Made by a program: the position numbers and the translations under genes
Shown: positions 17,783-25,600 of the stretch, one piece after another
Layout of the letters: every line of letters begins with the position of its first letter
Numbering within the stretch: position 1 is the stretch's first letter
Notes under the pieces: model-generated
Told to the model about the DNA's origin: nothing
The model's database searches: none
Seen by the model: the letters and a program-made list of their open reading frames with translations, nothing else
NCBI GenBank assembly: GCA_035437965.1
Contig: DAOMZC010000002.1
Span: 6,973-45,876 of the forward strand
Direction: 5' to 3'
DNA from: Pseudomonadota bacterium
Lineage (GTDB): Bacteria > Myxococcota_A > Polyangia > Palsa-1104 > JAEUJZ01
DNA length: 38,904 nt

Positions 17783-18781
17783 ATGGCGCATTATCTAGTC
17801 ACCGGCGGCTGCGGGTTTATCGGCAGCCACCTTGCCGACCTGCTCCTTTCGGGCGGTCACACGGTGCGAGTGCTGGACGATCTGTCGACCGGCAAGCGGG
17901 AAAACCTGTCGCCCCAGGCCGAGCTTGTCATCGGCGATGTCGCCGACCCCGAGAAGGTGGCGCAGGCGATGGCCGGCGTCGACGGGTGCTTTCACCTGGC
18001 GGCGGTGGCCTCGGTCGATCGCTGTAACCGCGACTGGCTGGGCACCCACCGGACCAACCTCACCGGCACCATCACGATCTTCGACTGCGCGCGGGCGACC
18101 GCGGCGCGGCCGGCGATCCCGGTGGTGTACGCCTCGTCGGCGGCGATCTACGGTGATCAGCCGCAGGTGCCGCAGGACGAGCGGATGGGGCCGCAGCCGC
18201 TGTCTTCCTACGGCGCCGACAAGCTCGGCTGCGAGCTGCACGCCCGCGTCGCCACCCACCTGCACGGGGTGCCGGCGGTGGGCATGCGGTTCTTCAACGT
18301 GTACGGCAAGCGTCAGGACCCCAAGTCGCCCTACTCGGGAGTGATCTCGATCTTCTGCGATCGGCTGCGCCAGGATCTGCCGATCACTGTGTTCGGCGAC
18401 GGCCAGCAGGTGCGCGACTTCGTCTATGTCGGCGATGTGGTGCGGGCGCTGGAGCTGGCGATGGCGGCGCCCGCGAAGCTGCCGGCGGGCAGCGTGTTCA
18501 ACGTCTGCACCGGGCGCTCGACCAGCATCCTGCTGTTGGCCGATACAATCGCCACGCTGTGGGGGCGAAAGCCGAGCATCGTCCAGGCGCCGCCGCGCGC
18601 CGGCGACATCCGCGTCTCGATCGGCAGCCCCGAGCGCGCCGCGGCGGCCCTGGGGTTCCAGGCCAGCACCACCCTGCCCGTGGGGCTCGGCCGGATGCTC
18701 CTGGGCGATCTGCCCGAGCGGCCGCCGCTCGCCGAGCCCGCGCCCGCCGCCTCCCACGCCGCGCCCGCCGCGGCTCCGTAA
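17783..18781 (+). CDS. Extended-SDR NAD-dependent sugar-nucleotide 4-epimerase (PelX/WbpP-like candidate)
   Basis: TGGCGFIGSHL Rossmann motif, catalytic S(x)n YGADK (YxxxK), about 330 aa. GGAGGAG SD. Substrate specificity cannot be read from the sequence. Confidence 0.8.
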   Translation: MAHYLVTGGCGFIGSHLADLLLSGGHTVRVLDDLSTGKRENLSPQAELVIGDVADPEKVAQAMAGVDGCFHLAAVASVDRCNRDWLGTHRTNLTGTITIFDCARATAARPAIPVVYASSAAIYGDQPQVPQDERMGPQPLSSYGADKLGCELHARVATHLHGVPAVGMRFFNVYGKRQDPKSPYSGVISIFCDRLRQDLPITVFGDGQQVRDFVYVGDVVRALELAMAAPAKLPAGSVFNVCTGRSTSILLLADTIATLWGRKPSIVQAPPRAGDIRVSIGSPERAAAALGFQASTTLPVGLGRMLLGDLPERPPLAEPAPAASHAAPAAAP

Positions 18782-19276
18782 AGGGCGCCGCCGACGACGA
18801 TCGGCTGGCTGACCGCCCCGCCGATCGCCTGGCCGGCGCCCACCGATCGCTGAAGCAGGCGAGAATCTGCCGCGCTTCGCAGTCCCTCGATCGCAAGAGC
18901 GGCCCGGCAACTTCTCACCATCAGCGACGGAAAAATCAGCGAATTCCGCTCCCCGGGCACATGTCGCTAGGGGCACGGCGGTGTGTCCCGAGGGTCACAT
19001 GCGTATGCCCCTGAGGACATATGTATGCGCCCCGCCCGGCCAAAAAAAGTTACAAAAAAATAACAGAATATTTCCACGGCGCTACAAATCTCCGACGCTG
19101 ATGTGGGATGGTTCGGGCGCGATCGCGGACGATACGCTGAGAGACATCCAGGACGGGTTGTCCGGACTGAAAAAAAGCAGACCAAAACAGAACAGCAGAG
19201 TCACCGGGAGAAGTGAATGACGCGACGAGTGAACGACCGCCCCACGACAGCACGCAACTCGCATGAAGGAGTATCA

Positions 19277-20683
19277 ATGCCGGCGCTACGTACTGTTAAG
19301 ACCACCGATGTTGAGATGGTATCAAGTGGCGGCCGCTCCGCTCTGCGTGGTGCACTTTCCCTGACTCTGTTTGCTGGGACTCTGTTTGCCGGGACTCTGG
19401 CCGCTTGCGGCAACCCGGAGATCGACTCCGAGACCGATGCCCTGGAAGCAGTGGCGATCGAGCCGAGCGCGGCGGCAGCGCAGAGCCGCCTCTTCCCGAC
19501 CCGGCTCACCCTGCAGAGCGGCAAGGTCAGCGCGCAGCCGCTGACCGTGCTGGCGACGCAGGACCAGTCGGGGACCGTGGACACCTGGGTCAACTACCTG
19601 GAGTTTTCGCCGGGTACGGCGGTGCAGGCCACCTTCACCTTCACCCTGCCGTCCTCGGTCACGCCGGCGCAGCTCGCCAGCCTCACCCTGCTCACCAACT
19701 ACAAGGGCCAGGCCAAGGCGACGCAGACCTGGAGCTTCCAGCTGTATGACGTTGCCAATGCGCGCTGGGTCACCGTGGGCGACAACCAGGCGGCCAAGAG
19801 CTGGGTGTGGAGCCCGCTGGCGTTCGTGCCGACCGGCACCGCGGCGAACTTCGTCAGCGCCAGCCGCGAGCTCAGCCTGCGCCTTGTGACCAAGAGCGCG
19901 GCGGACAACTGCGACCTCGACTACCTCGCCCTCAGCTACACCACCGGCTCCGCCCAAAGCCCGACTCCGACTCCGACCGGCCTGTGGGTTCCAAGGCCCG
20001 GTACGAGCTGGCAGATTCAGTTTGCCGGCACGCTGGATACCTCGGTGAATGTGAAGGCGTTCGATCTGGATCTGTTTGGTACCTCCAAGGCCACGATCGA
20101 TCAGCTGCACGCCAAGGGGACCAAGGTGATCTGCTACTTCAGCGGCGGCAGCTCCGAGACCTACCGCCCCGACTTCGGCAGCTTCCCACCAAGCGTCCTC
20201 GGCACGACCCTGGGCGGCTACCCCGACGAGCGCTGGCTGGACGTCCGCCAGCTCGCCATCCTCGGCCCGATCATGACCGCGCGCATGGATCTGGCAAAGG
20301 AGAAGGGCTGCGACGCGGTGGACGCCGACAACATGGACGGCTACACCAATAACTCCGGATTCTCGATCTCGTACGCCCAGCAGCTGGCCTACAACAAGCT
20401 GATCGCCGACGAGGCGCACAAGCGCGGGATGTCGATCGGGCTCAAAAACGACCTGCTGCAGATTAAAGACCTCGCCGACACCTACGACTTCGCGATCAAC
20501 GAGCAGTGCCTGGAGTACTCCGAGTGCTCCTATATGAAGCCCTTCATCGATCGGAATAAAGCCGTGTTCGCAATCTCCTACTCGGGCTCGCAGTCGAGCG
20601 TCTGCTCGCAGTCAAACCCGCTCGACTTCGACATGCTGATAAAGAACCTCTCGCTCGACAGCTACCGGGTCACCTGCCGCTAG
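19277..20683 (+). CDS. Secreted lipoprotein: N-terminal beta-sandwich-like domain plus GH114 endo-alpha-1,4-polygalactosaminidase domain
   Basis: ATG at 19277 has GAAGGAG 5 nt upstream. Lipobox LAAC. PTPTPT linker. C-terminal KVICYFSGGSSETYRPDF and GCDAVDADNMDGYTNNSGFSISYAQQLAYNKLIADEAHKRGMSIGLKND match the GH114 (Glyco_hydro_114) signature as I recall it. Confidence 0.8.
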   Translation: MPALRTVKTTDVEMVSSGGRSALRGALSLTLFAGTLFAGTLAACGNPEIDSETDALEAVAIEPSAAAAQSRLFPTRLTLQSGKVSAQPLTVLATQDQSGTVDTWVNYLEFSPGTAVQATFTFTLPSSVTPAQLASLTLLTNYKGQAKATQTWSFQLYDVANARWVTVGDNQAAKSWVWSPLAFVPTGTAANFVSASRELSLRLVTKSAADNCDLDYLALSYTTGSAQSPTPTPTGLWVPRPGTSWQIQFAGTLDTSVNVKAFDLDLFGTSKATIDQLHAKGTKVICYFSGGSSETYRPDFGSFPPSVLGTTLGGYPDERWLDVRQLAILGPIMTARMDLAKEKGCDAVDADNMDGYTNNSGFSISYAQQLAYNKLIADEAHKRGMSIGLKNDLLQIKDLADTYDFAINEQCLEYSECSYMKPFIDRNKAVFAISYSGSQSSVCSQSNPLDFDMLIKNLSLDSYRVTCR

Positions 20684-20700
20684 TTGAAGCTCGCTGCGCC

Positions 20701-20732
20701 AGTGTCCCAGTGTCCTAATGTCCTAGTGTCCT
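20701..20732 (+). repeat. Tandem octamer repeat x4 (agtgtccc agtgtcct aatgtcct agtgtcct)
   Basis: Read directly from the sequence, 18 nt after the GH114 stop codon and about 130 nt upstream of the next gene. Confidence 0.9.
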
Positions 20733-20811
20733 TACCTGGGTGCGGCGCCGGAGCTCACCGTGTCAGATCTGCACAGTGATCCTTTGTAGGTGTATGCCCC
20801 TGATCTCAGTC

Positions 20812-20841
20812 TTGATTTGCCCCGGCACTTCAAAATATAGT
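20812..20841 (+). promoter_or_regulatory. Candidate sigma-70 type promoter (TTGATT-N18-TATAGT) for the 204-aa gene
   Basis: TTGATT at 20812-20817 and TATAGT at 20836-20841, 24 nt upstream of the ATG at 20865. Pattern match only. Confidence 0.3.
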
Positions 20842-20864
20842 GACATCCAAGGACTTCCGCCTGC

Positions 20865-21479
20865 ATGAACGAGTTCATCCCCCGTAGCGACCCGCAGCTC
20901 TGCCTCTGGCTCGACAACTACAGCAAGCGCATCGCGGTGTACGGAGCTCGCTTTGGCCTCACTGCCGATGAGATCACCGCCCAGCAAAGGTGGTGCGACG
21001 AGCTTACCGAGGCGATAAAGACCGACGATCAGAAACATAAGGAGTGGCGGGCCGCCGTCAAGGTGACGCGCGAGGTGAAAAAATCGTCGCTGGCCGCGGT
21101 GCGGGCGATGATCGAGCGCATCAAGCACCTGCCCGGCTGGACACCGAGCATCGGGCAGGCGATGGGGGTGGTGAAGAAGGCCCCGCTGCCGACGCCGATG
21201 GACGCGATCAAGCCGAAGCTGCAGGTGGTTACCGAGGCGGGGCAGGTGCGGCTGAAGTTCACTCGGCGTCCGCTCGATGGGATAAACGTGTATATGCGGC
21301 GCAAGGGCGAGGCGCAGTGGCAGCTCTTGGCGCGCGCCACCCGGTCGCCGTTTATCGATCCGACGGCGCTCCTTTTCCCGAATACCTCGGAGATCCGCGA
21401 GTATCGGGCGATGGGAGTGCGCAAGGATAAGGAAGTCGGCCAGCCGAGCGACATCGTGGTCGCTGTCGTCGGTGCCTAG
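20865..21479 (+). CDS. Hypothetical protein, 204 aa (helical N-terminal half, beta-rich FN3-like C-terminal half)
   Basis: ATG ORF with coding-like composition and no strong competing ORF of coding-like composition. No recognisable catalytic motif. Confidence 0.6.
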   Translation: MNEFIPRSDPQLCLWLDNYSKRIAVYGARFGLTADEITAQQRWCDELTEAIKTDDQKHKEWRAAVKVTREVKKSSLAAVRAMIERIKHLPGWTPSIGQAMGVVKKAPLPTPMDAIKPKLQVVTEAGQVRLKFTRRPLDGINVYMRRKGEAQWQLLARATRSPFIDPTALLFPNTSEIREYRAMGVRKDKEVGQPSDIVVAVVGA

Positions 21480-21493
21480 CCGGCGTTCCGGCT
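21478..21493 (+). terminator. Weak stem-loop overlapping the stop codon (agccgg-cgtt-ccggct)
   Basis: Perfect 6-bp stem with a 4-nt loop and no U-tract, so at best a weak or partial terminator. Confidence 0.25.
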
Positions 21494-21532
21494 CGTCGGA
21501 AGCTCCGCCCCGCGTCCCCCGCTGGCCGGGAT

Positions 21533-21548
21533 TGGCATGTCCCCTGCA
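21533..21548 (+). promoter_or_regulatory. Sigma-54 type -24/-12 promoter (TGGCAT-N5-CTGCA)
   Basis: GG and GC are at the canonical spacing of TGGCAC-N5-TTGC. It sits about 90 nt upstream of the ATG at 21638 in a non-coding gap. Confidence 0.55.
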
Positions 21549-21637
21549 TTGCTCGCAAGCCAGATTCCTGAGAGCTCTTAATCACGCTTCAGGTTGGTGT
21601 TCTGGCTCTGTGACTGGCTTTGCGAAAGGGGGGGACA

Positions 21638-22660
21638 ATGTCCCACGAAGAGAATACTACTTGTCTACTCTCGACCGAGGATGCGGATCGCTATCTCGAG
21701 CGGGTCAGTGAGTTTATCCGCTCTGCTCGTCTGAATGCGCAGTTCCCGCCGGCGCAGCGGCTGCTCGGCTACCTGACGGCGATGCACTCGCGCACCCATG
21801 ACGGGCTGTATCCCAAGCTGAGCGTCGACGCCGAGTCCGGGCTGCCCTCGCCCAAGGAGTGCCTGCGGGTCAAGCTCGACGCGGCGCTCGCTGCGACGAT
21901 CAGCTCGTCGACGCCCAGCCACCTCGGGTCGCGGCCGCTCCTGCACAACGTGCAGCGCGCCCACCAGCTGTATCGCGCCCGGCTGCGCTCGCTGGGGCTC
22001 TTGCCGCTCGATGCGATGCGCGTCGATCTGCAGCGCATCGATCATGATCGCGGGACGATCTCGGCGCGGGTGATCCTCGACAAGGTCGATGAGAACAACC
22101 TGTACATGCGCTGCACGGTCGAGATGTCGCAGCGGGTGCCCGCCCTGGAGTCGCACCAGCTCTTGTCGCTGCGCGGCCAGGACGTGGCGGCCAGCCCGGA
22201 GCTCGTCGCCCGCATGTCCGAGCTGGCGTCGCTCGATGCCGAGTACACGCTGATCGAGCTGTCTTCAGTGCCGGGCGTCACCGTGCACCGGGTCTCGCGC
22301 GCCACCATCGGGCCGTGCTTCCTGGCCGAGCTGCCGCGGACGCCGCCGCTCGGCGCGCTCCTTTCGGGTCGGCGGGGGGCGATTGCCACCTTCGGCCTCG
22401 ATGTGGCGGCGCGCGACCTGCTGGCCAGCGGCAACAACGATCCGCTGCCGAGCCCTCGCCGCGACAACATGCCGGTCGAGCTGCGCGCCGAGTACGAGCG
22501 CGCCCGCATACGCCTGGACTACCGGGTGTTCCGCGATCGCAAGTTCGTCACCGATCTGGCGACCCAGCCGGCGCTGGAGGGGCTGTGTCAGGCGGCCGGA
22601 ACGCGCAACATCATCTACGCCGCTGCGCCGATCGGAGCCCGGATCGAGGCGTGGGCATGA
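21638..22660 (+). CDS. Orphan 340-aa protein, translationally coupled partner of the giant GHKL protein
   Basis: ATG at 21638 preceded by aaggggggga. Stop TGA (22658-22660) overlaps the ATG (22657-22659) of the next gene. No motif I recognise. Confidence 0.7.
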   Translation: MSHEENTTCLLSTEDADRYLERVSEFIRSARLNAQFPPAQRLLGYLTAMHSRTHDGLYPKLSVDAESGLPSPKECLRVKLDAALAATISSSTPSHLGSRPLLHNVQRAHQLYRARLRSLGLLPLDAMRVDLQRIDHDRGTISARVILDKVDENNLYMRCTVEMSQRVPALESHQLLSLRGQDVAASPELVARMSELASLDAEYTLIELSSVPGVTVHRVSRATIGPCFLAELPRTPPLGALLSGRRGAIATFGLDVAARDLLASGNNDPLPSPRRDNMPVELRAEYERARIRLDYRVFRDRKFVTDLATQPALEGLCQAAGTRNIIYAAAPIGARIEAWA

Positions 22661-25600
22661 GCGAGCCGGAGATTAATCAGGACCTCGCCGTAGAAGATGT
22701 GCTCGAGCAGCTGGTGAGCCAGTTCGCCGACCCGCTGTGCTTCCTGCGCGAGCTGGTGCAGAACTCGATCGACGCCGGCAGCACCAAGGTCGAGGTGACC
22801 TGCACGTTCGAAGACGACAGCCCCTTGCTCGCGGTGGCCGGCGGCCTGGTCGCCGCCGACGCCAGCCACGGCAAGGCCGCCGAGCTCGGCACCGCGATCA
22901 TCCGCGTCGTCGACTTCGGCGAGGGCATGGACGGCCACATCATCGACAGCCGGCTTACCCGCCTGTTCAGCTCGGACAAGGAGGGCGATCGCACCAAGCT
23001 CGGCAAGTTCGGCACCGGGTTCATCTCGGTGTTCGCGCTGCAGCCGGACGCCGTGTGCGTCGACACCGGGCGCTACGGCGAGAGCTGGCGCCTGGTGTTC
23101 CAGCCCGATCGCACCTTCACCCGCATCCGCTTGAGCGAGCCGGTGGACGGCACCACGGTGCGCCTGTTCAAGACCATGCAGCGCGGCCAGTTCGAGACGC
23201 TGGCGCGGCGGGTGCGGCGGACGCTCGTACGCGACTGTCCGCACGTCGAAGTGGCGCTGCGCTATCAGGGCGAGCTGCTCAGCCGGCCCCTTTCCCTGGA
23301 GGTGCTGGAGGCGCCGGTCAAGATCACCGCGAAGGCGCACGGGGCGACGATCGTGGTCGGCTTCACGCCGCCCGGCGCGCCGGCGCGGGCCACCCTTTAC
23401 GGGTGCGGTCTGACGCTGCTCGCGCGGCCCTCCGAGCTTGCCGGCATCTCCTACAAGATCGACTCGCCGGCGCTGGAGCACACGCACGGCCGCGACGGCG
23501 TGCTGCGCGGCGAGCACTACCAGGCGCTCATGACCACGGTGAAGGCGCTGGCCAGCGGCCAGCTGGTGGAGGAGCTGTTCACGAGGCTGGAGAAGGGGCT
23601 GCAGGAGCCGAGCCCGCCGGCGGCGGAGCTCGTCGAGTGGCAGCGCTGCGTCGCCGACCTCCTGCGGCGCGGCGCGGCGCTGCCCGAGTCGTGCGCGCAG
23701 CGGCTGGTGGCGTGCTCGCCGCACGGGGAGCTCTACCCGCTGGCCGCCTGTCAGGACGCGGCGCGCGCCGAGCGGCTCTACAGCGCCGCCGAGCCCTCGC
23801 CGCTGAGCACCGCCGCGGTGGCCGCCGGCGAGCTGGTGCTGTCCGACTGGCAGACCGAGCTCCTCGGGGCGCTCGTGCGCGGGGAGCCGCCGCGGCTGGA
23901 GCGGACGCTGGTGCTGCCGCTGCCGCTCATCCCGAAGGACCTGGACGAGGTGCAGTGGGCGGGGGCCGAGGCGCTGCGCACCGCCGTCCTCATGCTGGTG
24001 CGCGCCGCCGAGGGGCCCGTCATCACCGTGGAGCTCGGCAGCCTGGCCTACCCCGGCTCGGGCGCCGGCGAGCTGCCGTGCATCGTGCAGGCGCAGCCGT
24101 TCGCCGCCAGCCGGCTCGCCGCGGCGCACCCCAAGGACCAGCGCTGGCCGGAGCCCGGCGACGACAAGGCCCTGCGCAGCACCTGGGTGCTCAACGCCGA
24201 CCACCCCACCTTCAAGACCCTGCTGCCGCTCGCCGAGAGCGAGCCCGAGCTGTGCGCCTACTTCCTGACCAAGCTGTGCCTCCTTGGCAGTCCGCAGCTC
24301 GGCGAGCTCAATGTCCGCCTGCTGACGCTGGCGCTGGAGCAGCGCGCCCAGCGCCAGGAGGCGCCGCTCATCGCCCGCCAGCGCCTGCTCACCTCGCTCA
24401 CCCGGATCGAGGGCGAGATCGTCTCGTCGGGCTCGTTCACCATCGATCCCGAGCGGGTGCGCGACAAGCTCCGCCGCTCGCGCTTCGAGAACCCGCTGCG
24501 CTACGTCCTGGAGCTCGTCCAGGCGGCGAGCCTCAAGGGCGCGACCCACCTGGAGTTCCGCTTCGGCGCCGACGACATGCAGCTGCGCTTCAACGGCGAG
24601 CCGTTCACGGCTGGCGATTTCGAGCAGCTCTACTCCGCGCTGCTCCACCGCGGCGAGGGCCGCGAGGGGCAGGCGCGCAACGTCCTGGCGCTCGGCCTGT
24701 GCGCCGCGCTGCAGCTCGATCCGGCGCTCATCCACGTCGAGAGCGGCGACTCCTTCGTCGAGCTGCGCCCCGGCCAGCCCGACCGCCTGGGGACGCTGCC
24801 GGCGCCCGCGCCGCTCACCCAGATTCGCGTCCGCCACCGCCTGGGCCTGGACCTGCTCAAGCGCTACGTCGATCACCTGGGCGGCCACCTGACCGAGGAG
24901 CTCCTCTTGCAGGAGCGCTGCCACCACGCCTGCATGGCGATCGAGCTCGATGGCAGGATCATCTCGCAGGGCCACACCTTCCCCAACGTGGCGTTCGCGC
25001 GCACCTTCAGCAGCGACGGCATCTCCGGCACGGTCGCCATCGCCCCGCTGCCCGCCGCGCCGCCGACCGAGAGCAGCGTGCAGCTGGCGCCGGCGGCGGT
25101 GCTCAGCTCGTCCTTCCTGCGGCTCATCAAGAACGATGTGTGGGTCGACACCCAGCTGCCGATCGAGCTATTGCCGGGTTTCCTGGCGCTCGCCGAGAGC
25201 TCGGCGTATCGGCTGGATTTCTCTCGCGAGCACGTGGTCCAGGACTCGCACTACGCGGCGGCGCTGCGCGCGGTGGCGGCGGCCCAGGTCGAGCTCCTGG
25301 CGGCGCTGTGCGAGCGGTCGACGCAGGGGCCGTTCATGGACGTCCTGCACCTGCGGGCGCTGCTGCGCGGACTCCTGTCGCGGCTCGGCGGGCTGGCGCC
25401 GCTCCTGCGCTGGGCGCAGCTGCCGGTCGAGCAGTTCCCGCCCGAGGTCGTGACCGAAGGCAGCTCGCTGTGGCCGCTGGAGGTCGAAAAGGGCCTGGCG
25501 CTGCTCGAGGTCCCGATCTTCTACACGACGATCGGCGACATGGTCTCGCTGCGCGTCCTGCTCGACGATCTGGCGCAGCACCGCACCATCGCCTACAGCT

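Noticed and set aside
18967-19185. 72-aa minus-strand ORF and 79-aa plus-strand ORF (18981..19220) in the long spacer
   Set aside because: No SD, odd composition (Cys/Phe/Arg-rich), mutually overlapping, and located in A-rich probable promoter DNA.
22315-22656. N-terminal 114-codon extension of the giant ORF in the six-frame track
   Set aside because: It lies within the 340-aa gene in a different frame and is Arg/Ala/Gly-rich. The ATG at 22657 forms an ATGA overlap with the upstream stop, and the GHKL domain starts right after it.
22615-24975. 786-aa minus-strand ORF, and the 1,250-aa plus-strand ORF 22737..26489 in another frame
   Set aside because: Both lie inside the giant GHKL gene and have Arg/Ala/Gly/Pro-dominated low-complexity translations. 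The chosen frame has the GHKL motifs and balanced composition.
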